A stretch of DNA of 64,000 nucleotides, from the NCBI GenBank assembly GCA_964406745.1, contig CAYOSX010000001.1, forward strand, positions 57 to 64,056, given 5' to 3'. The position numbers and the translations under genes were made by a program. Source of the stretch: an uncultured Opitutus sp. (GTDB taxonomy: Bacteria > Verrucomicrobiota > Verrucomicrobiia > Opitutales > Opitutaceae). Position 1 is the stretch's first letter. Each line of letters begins with the position of its first letter. Shown in pieces: positions 48,646 through 58,177 of the stretch. The notes under the pieces were generated by a model. That model worked only from the letters and a program-made list of their open reading frames with translations, had not been told where the DNA came from and made no database searches.

Positions 48646-49383
48646 TTACTTTTTCGGCGCCTCGGCGCGGAAGATGTCCTCAAAGGCGAGGCCGGTCAGT
48701 CGGCGAATGCCTCCGATCAGCCGCCAGAGGGCGAACATCATCATGATCATGCTGGGGATCACGATGACGGGCCAGCTCAGCAGATTCATGCGTCCCAATT
48801 CTTCATTGAACTCCGGAGAGCCCGACGGGCTGCGCAGCAGGTAGCGGGCGAGTCCGTAGTTGAGGACCGCGCTCACCAGAAACGACAAGGCGAGCAGATA
48901 GCTCGAGTTTTGAAGCAGGCGGTCGAAGGCCGGTTTGTTGCCACGCTCTTCCAAGGCTGCGTCCACTCTTGGCAGGTCCATGACACTTTCATTGAGCAAA
49001 AACTGGCGGACGAGCGGTCGCTTGCTGCGCATCGAAGCGAGCACTGCGAGGCCGATGATCGTCGGTACGGAAGCCTCCTTCACGGCAAACCAGACCCCGT
49101 CCATCTTCATCAGCCCGAGGCCGCCGGTGAGCAGTACGCTCACGAATCCTATCACCGAAATGAAGTTCGTCTGGCGCCGTCGGGCGAAATCCCAGATGCC
49201 GTAGCCAAGCGGAAAGAGCAGGGCGATGACCAGACCAAGTGCCGGACCCAGATACTCCGGTTTGCTGAACCGCACCAAAATCAACGAAGGCAGGGCGATG
49301 TTGCAGACGAGATTGAGGACAAGGTTTTCCTGTTTCGGAGCGGGATGGGTCACGTTGGAGGCGGCGATATGCCATGAAGCCAT
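48646..49383 (-). CDS. Multi-pass inner-membrane protein (hypothetical; possibly VC0807/septation-protein-A-like)
   Basis: Six or so hydrophobic helices and no soluble domain. Family assignment comes from general resemblance only. Confidence 0.5.
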   Translation of the reverse strand: MASWHIAASNVTHPAPKQENLVLNLVCNIALPSLILVRFSKPEYLGPALGLVIALLFPLGYGIWDFARRRQTNFISVIGFVSVLLTGGLGLMKMDGVWFAVKEASVPTIIGLAVLASMRSKRPLVRQFLLNESVMDLPRVDAALEERGNKPAFDRLLQNSSYLLALSFLVSAVLNYGLARYLLRSPSGSPEFNEELGRMNLLSWPVIVIPSMIMMMFALWRLIGGIRRLTGLAFEDIFRAEAPKK

Positions 49384-49450
49384 GAAATGAGGACATGGGG
49401 CGATTCATTTCTTGGATTCCCCTCCCGCCGATTTATATCTGCCTGTCGTC

Positions 49451-50194
49451 ATGATCCTTCTCGGTTTCAATATCGACCATAGCGCAACGATCCGGCAGGC
49501 CCGGTACCGGCAGTCCGAGAGCACGGTGGGAGGGGCGGTGGAGCCGGATCCGGTGATGTGTGCCGTGCTGGGAGAACGCGCCGGCGCCGATGGCATTACC
49601 GTTCATCTTCGGGAGGATCGGCGCCACATCCAGGAGCGTGACGTCTGGCGCCTGCGGGAATCGATCGGCACCCGGCTCAATCTGGAGATGGCCTGCACCC
49701 CCGCCATGATCGAGTTCGCGCTCAAGCTGAAGCCCGAGTCGGTCTGCGTCGTCCCGGAAAGCCGCGAGGAGGTCACGACGGAAGGTGGTCTCGACGTCGT
49801 TGGGCTTCGAGCGAAGGTGGCCGCGTGCGTCGACGCGATGAACGCCGCGGGAATCATCACGAGTCTCTTCATCGACCCCGATGAGGCGCAGATCGAAATG
49901 AGTGCCCAGCTGCGTGCTCCCTGGATCGAGTTGCACACGGGCGCCTATGCCAACGCCTACCAAGGCCCCCGGCGAGCAGAGGAGTTCAAACGCCTCCGCT
50001 TGGGCGCCACCTTTGGCCACCAGTGCGGCCTCGTGGTCAACGCCGGCCACGGCATCAATTACATCAACGTGTCCGAAGTCCGTACGCTGCCGCACCTGCA
50101 CGAGCTAAACATCGGCCACAGCATCATCAGCCGGGCGCTTTTTACGGGGGTCGAGGAAGCGGTGCGCGAGATGAAGGCGCGGATGAAAGGCTAG
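49451..50194 (+). CDS. pdxJ: Pyridoxine 5'-phosphate synthase
   Basis: LG.NIDH.AT.RQAR....EPDPV..A.L.E.AGADGITVHLREDRRHI.ERDV..L......LNLEMA; ATG at 49451. Confidence 0.95.
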   Translation: MILLGFNIDHSATIRQARYRQSESTVGGAVEPDPVMCAVLGERAGADGITVHLREDRRHIQERDVWRLRESIGTRLNLEMACTPAMIEFALKLKPESVCVVPESREEVTTEGGLDVVGLRAKVAACVDAMNAAGIITSLFIDPDEAQIEMSAQLRAPWIELHTGAYANAYQGPRRAEEFKRLRLGATFGHQCGLVVNAGHGINYINVSEVRTLPHLHELNIGHSIISRALFTGVEEAVREMKARMKG

Positions 50195-50272
50195 ATCGCG
50201 GACTGGTTATCGCGGGGCGCTTATGGAGAATTCTGCTCGCCCCGAAGGCTGCGCCGGGCGCAGCTTGGTGCC

Positions 50273-50683
50273 ATGAACATCGATCTGCCCCCCGGCGGGA
50301 TCCTGCTTGGCCTCGGTTGCGACTTGATCGAGATCGAGCGCATTCGTGGGGTGTTCGAGCGCCAGGGAAACCGATTTCTGGAACGCGTTTTCACCGAAGA
50401 GGAGCGAACGTACTGCCTGGGTATGAAGTTTCCTCACAAACACCTCGCGGCGCGTTTCGCCGCGAAGGAGGCGGTCTCCAAATGCTTTACGACGGGGATC
50501 GGCGCGGAGTTGGGCTGGAAATCGGTCTCGATCTACCACGGCAGCCGGCACGAACCGCTGGTGCGATTGGACGAGAAAGGCGAGGCCCTGCTCCGTCACG
50601 TCGGCGGCACCCACGTGCGGGTCTCCCTTTCGCACAACGAAACGTCCGCCATGGCAGTTGCCGCCGTGCTGAGGGCGACCTAG
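50273..50683 (+). CDS. acpS: Holo-[acyl-carrier-protein] synthase
   Basis: GLG.DLIEI.RI.......G.RFL.RVFT..E......; ...RFAAKEA..K; ...LS.SH....A.A. Confidence 0.92.
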   Translation: MNIDLPPGGILLGLGCDLIEIERIRGVFERQGNRFLERVFTEEERTYCLGMKFPHKHLAARFAAKEAVSKCFTTGIGAELGWKSVSIYHGSRHEPLVRLDEKGEALLRHVGGTHVRVSLSHNETSAMAVAAVLRAT

Positions 50684-50692
50684 GATTCCGTC

Positions 50693-51304
50693 ATGGAGTA
50701 CGACACGCCCTCTCCTTCGCGCGCCGAGCTTTCGAAGACGCCGTCGTGGGTCATGCTGGGCTTCGTGCTCGGGGTTCTGGCGGTCCTTGGGTTTCAACGC
50801 GAGCGGAGCGAGCCCGCACCCGTGAAGACGGATGCACCCGCTGCGGCGGCGCCGACCAAAGGGGTGGTCGATGTTGTCCAGGAGCCTGCTCGCTCCGTCA
50901 CCAGCCTGGAGGATCGTCCCAGCCTGGCCGTCATCGAGGCTGTGTTTGCCGAGTGGGGCGGGTATGCCTTGTGGGAAAATGAAGTCACGGAAGTCGCGTT
51001 GTGGAATTCCCTCACCAACGACTTCACCGACTATTTTGAAGTCCTGCGCACGGGAGCGGGTTACTATTATCGGTCTGTGCCTCGATTGACCCGTCCGTGG
51101 ACCGATGCCCGGCCACCGCGCGAGTCGCCGCTTCGTTTCACCGAGCCGCACGAGCAGCGCCGCGCCCGGCTTGAAGGTCGCCTTTCGTCCAAAGGGCTGG
51201 AGATCGGGCCGACCGGACCGTGGAAGGGGGGCAATGAGACTCCGGCTCCGGATACAAACTTCCTGCCTCCGCTGCCGCCAAAACCAGCCGAGGATGGGTT
51301 GTGA
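50693..51304 (+). CDS. Single-pass membrane protein (hypothetical)
   Basis: One TM helix (WVMLGFVLGVLAVLGF) and a Pro/Ala-rich linker, with no known motif. Its stop overlaps the GTG of nnr, which suggests translational coupling. Confidence 0.5.
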   Translation: MEYDTPSPSRAELSKTPSWVMLGFVLGVLAVLGFQRERSEPAPVKTDAPAAAAPTKGVVDVVQEPARSVTSLEDRPSLAVIEAVFAEWGGYALWENEVTEVALWNSLTNDFTDYFEVLRTGAGYYYRSVPRLTRPWTDARPPRESPLRFTEPHEQRRARLEGRLSSKGLEIGPTGPWKGGNETPAPDTNFLPPLPPKPAEDGL

Positions 51305-52800
51305 ATGCCGACCTGTCTTCTCTGACGTATCCCGTCCTGACCTGCGACGAAGCACGCCATTTCGAAGCGGCGCGTTTTGGTGGCGACGAGGTGAAGGAGT
51401 GGCCGGCCATGTGTGCGGCCGGCGCCGGGGTGGCCCGGGCGGTGCTGGCGGATTTTGAGGAACTGGGACCTTTTCCCGCGAACGCGCGTGTCCTCGTGCT
51501 CGCAGGGAAGGGCCACAATGGAGGCGATGCGTTGCTCGCTGCGCTATCGATCGGCCGGGCGTTTGCCGGCGCTTCATTCGATGTCGCGCTCGCAGGCGGC
51601 GAACACGCGCTCAAGCCCTTGGCGGCCCGTGCGTGGAAGGAGTTGATCCACGCCGCCCGTGGAAGGGTCCGGTTGATCCGCCTCGACGCTCTCGCCGAAT
51701 CCTACGATCTCGTGCTCGACGGCATTTTCGGCTTCCAGTTTCGTCCCCCGCTCGCCAGCGCGGCCGCACGGTGGCTTCGACGGGTGAACGAGCTCCCGGT
51801 CCGGCTTCGCGCTGCGGTGGATCTGCCGAGCGGCCTGGGGGAGCCGGACGCGTTTCGGGCCGACTTCACCTATGCGACCGGCCTCGTCAAGGCACCGCTG
51901 CTCGACCTGGCCAATGCCGGCCGCCTCCGCCTGGTCGACCTCGGTTTCGCGGCGGGCCCGGCGTATCCAGAAAATCGTGACTGGGTGTTGGGTGGCCGGC
52001 TGCTTGATCCGCTCCGCAGCCTTCGTCCCGCCTCCGTGGACAAGCGCACATTCGGCCACCTGTTCGTGATTGGCGGTTCCCGAAGCTATCCGGGTGCCGT
52101 GCTCATGAGCGTGCTGGCGGCGTTGCGGAGCGGCGTGGGCCTCGTGACGGCCTTCGTGCCCGAGTCGCTGGCGGCATCCTTCGCCGCGCGGGCGCCGGAA
52201 GCCATGTGGGTGGGGTGGCCCGAGGCGCCGGACGGCGGGCTGGCGATGGAGGGCACGCATCTACTTGAGTCCCGCCTCGAGCGGGCGACGGCCGTGCTGA
52301 TCGGCCCGGGCCTCGGCCGCGAACCTGAGACGCTGGCCTGGGTGAAGGATTTCGTGGCGCGCCAAAAACACCCGCTCGTGCTCGATGCCGATGCGCTCCA
52401 GCCGGATGTGGTGCGCGGGGGACGGGCGCCGCGTATTCTCACGCCACACGCCGGTGAGTTCGCGCGCATCGGCGGCGGGGCCTCCTTGCCGGAGGTGGCG
52501 AAAGGCCTTTCAGGGGCGGTCGTCTTGAAGGGAGCCGTTACCCGGATATGCGACGGAGACCGGGTTTATCACAGCCTCTGCGGAGGTCCGGTCCTTGCGC
52601 GGGGAGGCAGCGGCGACCTCCTGGCAGGATTGATTGGCGGACTGCTGGCGCAGAACCCCGCCGACCCCTTGTTGGCGGCATGCCGCGGGACCGTCTGGCA
52701 CGGGATGGCGGCGGACCGGTTGGCGCGCGCCGGCGGGCAGGTGGCGGTCCGGACCACCGACGTGCTCGACCACCTCGCGTCGGTGCTGCGTGCGACCTGA
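51301..52800 (+). CDS. nnr: Bifunctional NAD(P)H-hydrate repair enzyme (epimerase/ADP-dependent dehydratase)
   Basis: N-terminal YjeF_N (VLAGKGHNGGDAL) and C-terminal carbohydrate-kinase-like domain (K...GH..VIGGS..YPGA..., GSGD.LAG.I...LAQ). Confidence 0.9.
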   Translation: MNADLSSLTYPVLTCDEARHFEAARFGGDEVKEWPAMCAAGAGVARAVLADFEELGPFPANARVLVLAGKGHNGGDALLAALSIGRAFAGASFDVALAGGEHALKPLAARAWKELIHAARGRVRLIRLDALAESYDLVLDGIFGFQFRPPLASAAARWLRRVNELPVRLRAAVDLPSGLGEPDAFRADFTYATGLVKAPLLDLANAGRLRLVDLGFAAGPAYPENRDWVLGGRLLDPLRSLRPASVDKRTFGHLFVIGGSRSYPGAVLMSVLAALRSGVGLVTAFVPESLAASFAARAPEAMWVGWPEAPDGGLAMEGTHLLESRLERATAVLIGPGLGREPETLAWVKDFVARQKHPLVLDADALQPDVVRGGRAPRILTPHAGEFARIGGGASLPEVAKGLSGAVVLKGAVTRICDGDRVYHSLCGGPVLARGGSGDLLAGLIGGLLAQNPADPLLAACRGTVWHGMAADRLARAGGQVAVRTTDVLDHLASVLRAT

Positions 52801-52808
52801 CGCCGGCG

Positions 52809-55130
52809 TCACGCCCCCAAGGCGGCGATCTTTTCGCGCAAGTGGGTCTGGCGGGTCTTTGCCTCGCTGTTGCGCACGGCCATGGCGTAGGCGGCGGGCT
52901 CGCCGACGATGAAGACCTTTTTCTTCCCGCGCGTGATGGCGGTGTAGAGCAGGTTGCGTTGAAGCATCATGAAGTGCGCCTTGAGCAGGGGCACGATCAC
53001 CACGGGGTACTCGCTACCCTGCGATTTGTGGATGCTGATCGCGTAGGCAAGGGCCAGGTCGCCGAGGTCGCCGCGTTCGAAAGTTTGTGTGGTGCCGTCG
53101 AAATCCGCCGTCATCGTGCCGGCTTCGGCGTCCACGCCGGTGATGACCCCGATGTCTCCGTTGAAGAGGTTTTTGTCGTAGTTGTTGCGCAGCTGGATGA
53201 CCTTGTCGCCGGCGCGGAACTCTCCCGCGGGACCCCGGAGCGCCGGCGCCCTGGCGCCCGGACGGCCGGGATTCAACGCGGCCTGGAGTTGCACATTGAG
53301 GTTGGCCACGCCGGCCGCGCCCTTGTGCATGGGGGCAAGCACCTGGACGTCATTGATCGGTTTGAACCAGGCGTAGTGGCGCGGCACATACGTGGTGCAG
53401 AGGTCAATGGTCTTGCGCACACAGTCCTCGGCTGATTCGGCCACGATGAACGTCAGGTCGCTCCACGCCTGTGCCTCGGCCACGTCGCGCACTGCGGGCG
53501 GGAGTGACGGGTCCCCGGCGTTGATGGCGTGGGCGGTCGTGACGATCGCGCTCTGACCCTTCTGGCGAAAGATGACGCTGAGACGGGTGACAGGCACGCG
53601 GTCGGTGGCGATGAGGTCTTTGAGCACATTGCCGGCGCCGACGGACGGCAACTGATCGGTGTCGCCGACCAACAGCAGATGCGCCCGGGACGGGACCGCC
53701 TGGAAGAGGGCGGCCGCCAGGCGCGTATCGAGCATGGAGGCCTCGTCGACGACCAGGAAGTCCGTCGCCAGAGGCTGGTGTTCGTTGGCCTGAAAGCCGC
53801 CCTTGGCCGGGTCGAACTTGAGCAACCGGTGGATCGTGGTGGCAAAGCCCCCGGTGGTCTCGGCGAGGCGCTGGGCAGCACGGCCGGTGGGAGCGGCGAG
53901 ATGCATGCGCACCTTCTTCGCCTTCAGGATGTCCACGAGCGCGCGGATGATGCTGGTTTTTCCGGTTCCGGGGCCGCCGGTCAGGATCGAAAGTTTGTGG
54001 CCAAGCGCGAGCTTGAGCGCGGTGCGCTGGTGGTCGGCAAAGGCAAAGCCCGCCTTTTTTTCGGCCCATTCGACGGCGGCATCGATTTTGATCGGGGGGA
54101 GGCCGCTGCCGACGCGCTGCAATCGAGTGACGACCCCGGCAATCTTCTGCTCTGCCCGGTCGTTGACGGGGAGCTGGATCAAGGCCGAGCCCGGCAGGGG
54201 CGCGCCGCCGTGGGACGCAGGCATTTCCTGGCGCACCACCCCGCGGGCGGAGACCAGCGCTTCGATGCGTCGCTCGACGCGCTCGGAAGTGGTTTCGAGC
54301 AGACCGGCCGCGTAATCGCGCAAATCCCCCTCCCGGATGGCGGTGTGTCCTTCTTCCTGCAGGGTTTCGAGGGCGAAGATGATTCCCGCGTCGAGACGCG
54401 GGGCTGCGTCGTTGGCGAAACCGAGGTTGATCGCGATCCGATCCGCGGTCTTGAAGCCGATGCCGTCGATCTCGCGCGCGACCGTGTACGGTTCTGTCAT
54501 GAGGATGCGCTTGGAATCCGCTCCGTAGGCTTTGACCAGTTTGACGCACTGGCTGGAGGTCACCCCGTAGGTCTGCAGGAAAATGTAGAGTTCGCGGAAG
54601 GCGCGCTGGTCGTCCCAGGCCTTCTTGATGGCGGTGGCGCGTACCTTGCCGATGCCGGGCACGGTGCGGAGGCGGCCGGACTCCTCGCTCAGCACGCGAA
54701 AGGTGTCCGTGCCGAAGGCGTCGACGACCTTGTTGGCGTAGGCCTTGCCAATGCCGGGAACGAGGCCGCTCCCCAAGTATTTGCGAATCCCATACACGGA
54801 CGACGGCAGGGAGCTGGTGAACGACACGATGCGGAACTGGTCTCCGTGCTGGGCGTGCCGCGTCCATTCGCCGGTCAGCTGGAGGGTCTCGCCACATTGC
54901 ACGCCCGGCAGGGCCCCGACGATGGTGACCTTGCCGTCGCTCTCGTCGCCCCGGAATTCGGCGATGGTGTAGTGGTTCTCCTCATTGAGGAAGATGATGC
55001 GTTCGAGAACGCCCTTGAGGGTACTGGTGTTCGAAGACGGCACGGACGGGGTCGGATCAACACGGGTTTCGGCCGGATTGCAAATGCGCGGAGTTGCCTG
55101 CGGGCGGGATTTTTGACCGACTGCGTCCAT
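52809..55130 (-). CDS. recD2: RecD2-type SF1 ATP-dependent DNA helicase
   Basis: N-terminal OB/HhH region, Walker A ILTGGPGTGKTS, LVVDEASM, LVGD.DQLPSVG..GNV and C-terminal ...AI.IHKSQGSE. Start is uncertain: ATG at 55130, or the in-frame GTG ~30 codons downstream. Confidence 0.9.
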   Translation of the reverse strand: MDAVGQKSRPQATPRICNPAETRVDPTPSVPSSNTSTLKGVLERIIFLNEENHYTIAEFRGDESDGKVTIVGALPGVQCGETLQLTGEWTRHAQHGDQFRIVSFTSSLPSSVYGIRKYLGSGLVPGIGKAYANKVVDAFGTDTFRVLSEESGRLRTVPGIGKVRATAIKKAWDDQRAFRELYIFLQTYGVTSSQCVKLVKAYGADSKRILMTEPYTVAREIDGIGFKTADRIAINLGFANDAAPRLDAGIIFALETLQEEGHTAIREGDLRDYAAGLLETTSERVERRIEALVSARGVVRQEMPASHGGAPLPGSALIQLPVNDRAEQKIAGVVTRLQRVGSGLPPIKIDAAVEWAEKKAGFAFADHQRTALKLALGHKLSILTGGPGTGKTSIIRALVDILKAKKVRMHLAAPTGRAAQRLAETTGGFATTIHRLLKFDPAKGGFQANEHQPLATDFLVVDEASMLDTRLAAALFQAVPSRAHLLLVGDTDQLPSVGAGNVLKDLIATDRVPVTRLSVIFRQKGQSAIVTTAHAINAGDPSLPPAVRDVAEAQAWSDLTFIVAESAEDCVRKTIDLCTTYVPRHYAWFKPINDVQVLAPMHKGAAGVANLNVQLQAALNPGRPGARAPALRGPAGEFRAGDKVIQLRNNYDKNLFNGDIGVITGVDAEAGTMTADFDGTTQTFERGDLGDLALAYAISIHKSQGSEYPVVIVPLLKAHFMMLQRNLLYTAITRGKKKVFIVGEPAAYAMAVRNSEAKTRQTHLREKIAALGA

Positions 55131-55596
55131 GGACCTATTCCGGCAGGAGGAGTTGTTGCCGATCATCCAGCTCGCGATCACGCCCGTCATTTTGATCACG
55201 GGCCTGGGGTCCCTCCTTTTGACGATGACCAACCGCATGGCGCGCATCGTCGATCGCACGCGGTCGCTGGCCGGGCAGGTTCGGTCGGCGGGTCCCGATG
55301 ACCGGCTTCACGCGGAGCAGCAGCTGAGGATCATGTTTCGACGGGCGAGATTCATCCGTCTGGCGGTGACGTTGAACACGTTGAGCATCTTTTGTGCGGG
55401 TCTGCTCGTGGTGTTCATCTTCGTCGGAGCGATCTGGAGGCTGGAGATGGCGGCGGGAATCGTGGCCCTTTTCTTTGCGAGCGTAAGCTTTCTTGTCGCG
55501 GCACTCGTGGCGTTCCTGCGCGACATCTTCATGTCCCTCGCGGCCCTGCGCCTCGAGGTGGACCGGGCGCTCAACAGCGTGGCGCGGCAACCCTGA
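55129..55596 (+). CDS. DUF2721-family membrane protein
   Basis: ...LAITPVILITGLGSLLLTMTNRMARIVDRTRSL... plus two further TM helices, typical of DUF2721. Confidence 0.7.
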   Translation: MDLFRQEELLPIIQLAITPVILITGLGSLLLTMTNRMARIVDRTRSLAGQVRSAGPDDRLHAEQQLRIMFRRARFIRLAVTLNTLSIFCAGLLVVFIFVGAIWRLEMAAGIVALFFASVSFLVAALVAFLRDIFMSLAALRLEVDRALNSVARQP

Positions 55597-55628
55597 CGTG
55601 GGGCGTTTCGCGCCGGTTCGGGATGCGT

Positions 55629-57227
55629 TTATCCCGGCCGCACGCGCGAGTCGCTCGCGGCCTTCCTCTTTTTCGGGAAGTCCGCGATCGCGTGCAGGCC
55701 ACGACTCTCCTTGCGCTGAAGCGCGCAGGCGACGATGAGCTCGGCGACCTGGCAGAGGTTGCGCAGTTCAAGCAGCTGCGGGTCCACGGAAAAGTTCCAG
55801 TAGTACTCCTTGATCTCGCGCGAGAGGGTTGCGATGCGCGTTCGCGCCCGTTCGAGCCGCTTCGTGGTGCGCATGATGCCGACGTAGTCCCACATCACAT
55901 GGCGAAGCTCCGTCCAGTTGTGGCTGACCACGACCCGTTCGTCCGAATCGTGTCCGCCGAGGTCGACCCACTCGGGAAGGGCCCCGTTTTCGGCCGTCTT
56001 CAGTCGCTTGAGATAACGCTCGACCGACGCCGCCCCGCGGTGGGCCATGACCACCGCCTCGAGCAGGGAGTTGCTCGCGAGCCGATTCGCCCCGTGCAGG
56101 CCGGTGCAGGCGACCTCGCCGCAAGCGTAGAGGCCGGGCAGGGAGGTTTCCGCGGCAAGGTTGGTCGCGACGCCGCCGCAGGTGTAGTGAGCGGCGGGGA
56201 CGACGGGCAGGTAGTCCTTGGCGAGATTGTAGCCGAGGCGCTTGCAGGTCTGGTAAATCTGGGGGAAACGCTCGCGCAGGAACGGCTCCGTCCGGTGGGT
56301 GATGTCGAGCCAGACGTGCGGAGAGCCCGACTTCTTCATCTCCGTGTCGATCGCGCGCGCCACGATGTCGCGGGGCGCGAGGTCCGCCATCGGATGGTAT
56401 CCGCGCATGAACGCCTCGCCGGCGAGGTTGCGAAGGATGGCGCCCTCGCCGCGCACCGCCTCGCTGACGAGGAAACGGTCGTTGGTTGTTGAATACAACG
56501 TGGTCGGATGGAACTGGATGAATTCCATGTTCCGCACTTCGACCCCGGCCCGGTAGGCCATGGCGATGCCATCGCCGGTGGCGATGTCGGGGTTGGTTGT
56601 GTAGAGGTACACCTGGCCGGCTCCGCCCGAGGCGAGCACGATGACAGGCGTGCGAAAGGCGACCACCCTCCCGTCGCGAACATCGAGCGCATACAGACCG
56701 CGCACGCGGTCCGGTCCGGCCACGCGGTGGCGTCCGGGCTTGCGGCGTGTGATGATGTCGACGGCGAAGAAATGTTCGAACAGCGCGACCTGCGGCTCGA
56801 GGGCGATGGCGCGCAGCAAGGCCTCCTCGATGGCTTTGCCCGTCATGTCTTTCACATGCAGGATCCGCCGTTCGCTATGCCCGCCTTCGCGTCCGAGATC
56901 GTAGGCGCCGCGCTTGTTGCGGGAGAACGTGAGGCCGAGGTCGACCAGTTCCTGCACCCGGGCGGGGCCTTCGCGTACGATCTGCTCGACGACCTTGCGG
57001 TTGCACAGGCCGTCCCCGGCGACGAGCGTGTCATCGACGTGCTTGGCGAAGTCGTCCTTGCGGTCCGTGACGACCGCGATGCCGCCTTGGGCCCAGTTGG
57101 TGTTGGAATCGGCCTTGTTCTTCTTCGTCAGGATGGCGACCGACTTCCCCTGCCGGGCGATTTTCAGGGCAAAGCTCAGGCCGGCGATGCCGCTGCCGAC
57201 AACGATCACATCATAGTGACGGGACAT
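55629..57227 (-). CDS. nadB: L-aspartate oxidase
   Basis: FAD motif DVIVVGSGIAGLS..., ...AQGGIA... and ...HYTCGG... signatures of NadB/succinate-dehydrogenase flavoproteins. 532 aa. Confidence 0.95.
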   Translation of the reverse strand: MSRHYDVIVVGSGIAGLSFALKIARQGKSVAILTKKNKADSNTNWAQGGIAVVTDRKDDFAKHVDDTLVAGDGLCNRKVVEQIVREGPARVQELVDLGLTFSRNKRGAYDLGREGGHSERRILHVKDMTGKAIEEALLRAIALEPQVALFEHFFAVDIITRRKPGRHRVAGPDRVRGLYALDVRDGRVVAFRTPVIVLASGGAGQVYLYTTNPDIATGDGIAMAYRAGVEVRNMEFIQFHPTTLYSTTNDRFLVSEAVRGEGAILRNLAGEAFMRGYHPMADLAPRDIVARAIDTEMKKSGSPHVWLDITHRTEPFLRERFPQIYQTCKRLGYNLAKDYLPVVPAAHYTCGGVATNLAAETSLPGLYACGEVACTGLHGANRLASNSLLEAVVMAHRGAASVERYLKRLKTAENGALPEWVDLGGHDSDERVVVSHNWTELRHVMWDYVGIMRTTKRLERARTRIATLSREIKEYYWNFSVDPQLLELRNLCQVAELIVACALQRKESRGLHAIADFPKKRKAASDSRVRPG

Positions 57228-57252
57228 GGAGGAAAAGCGCCGGGAGGCGCCG

Positions 57253-58095
57253 TCAGAGGACGACGTTGTCGATCAACCGGACTTCATCGACCCAGGCGGC
57301 GATGGCCATGATTGCCTTGCCGGGGATGACATCGCGCACCGGCTCCATCGTGCAGCGGTCGACGACCGACGCATAGATGATGCGGATGCGCCGGTGCTCG
57401 CCGAGCAGGTGGGTGGCCTCGGCGACGAGGCGGTCTGAACGGCATTCGCCTGATTCGACCATGGACTTCGCCATTTGCAGCGCCCGGTTGATGGCGAGCG
57501 ACTCGATGCGTTGGGTGGGGGTGAGGTGGCGGTTGCGCGAGCTCAACGCGAGACCGTCCGGGTCGCGCTGGGTCGGTGCGGAGACGATATCGACCATGAA
57601 ATGCAGGTCGTTGACCATCTTCTTGATCACGGCGACCTGCTGGGCGTCCTTCTGGCCGAACACCGCGAAATCCGGCCGGACGATGTTGAAGAGCTTGGCG
57701 ACAATGGTCGTGACGCCCCGGAAATGGTTGGGGCGTGAAACCCCCTCCAGCGGTTTGCTGATGAACTCCTCAAGGACGTAGGTGGAGTAGCCTTTGGGGT
57801 AAAGCTCCTCGGCGCTGGGGGCGAAAACCACCCCGGCCCCGGCTTCGCGGCATTTCTCCACATCGCTTGCGAGTTCCCGCGGGTAGCGGGTGAAGTCCTC
57901 GTTTGGACCAAACTGCGTGGGGTTGACAAAGATCGAAACCACGACGGTGTCTGCGCGTTCGGCGGCGAGGCGGATCAGGCTGAGGTGGCCGTCGTGCAAG
58001 GCGCCCATGGTGGGGACGAGCCCGACAATCTGCCCCTTGGACCGGAGGTCCTCGGCCAGTGTCTGCATTTCAAATACCGATGTAAGGGTCTGCAT
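57253..58095 (-). CDS. panC: Pantoate--beta-alanine ligase
   Basis: VPTMGALHDGHLSLI......D..VVSIFVNP.QFGPNED...YPR; canonical PanC. Confidence 0.95.
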   Translation of the reverse strand: MQTLTSVFEMQTLAEDLRSKGQIVGLVPTMGALHDGHLSLIRLAAERADTVVVSIFVNPTQFGPNEDFTRYPRELASDVEKCREAGAGVVFAPSAEELYPKGYSTYVLEEFISKPLEGVSRPNHFRGVTTIVAKLFNIVRPDFAVFGQKDAQQVAVIKKMVNDLHFMVDIVSAPTQRDPDGLALSSRNRHLTPTQRIESLAINRALQMAKSMVESGECRSDRLVAEATHLLGEHRRIRIIYASVVDRCTMEPVRDVIPGKAIMAIAAWVDEVRLIDNVVL

Positions 58096-58177
58096 GAGCT
58101 CGGGAGCGCGACAACGCGAGGCTTGAACTAAGCCGTGGCCCGGCGCTTATTCAAGTTTTTCGCCGACTCTCCCGCCC

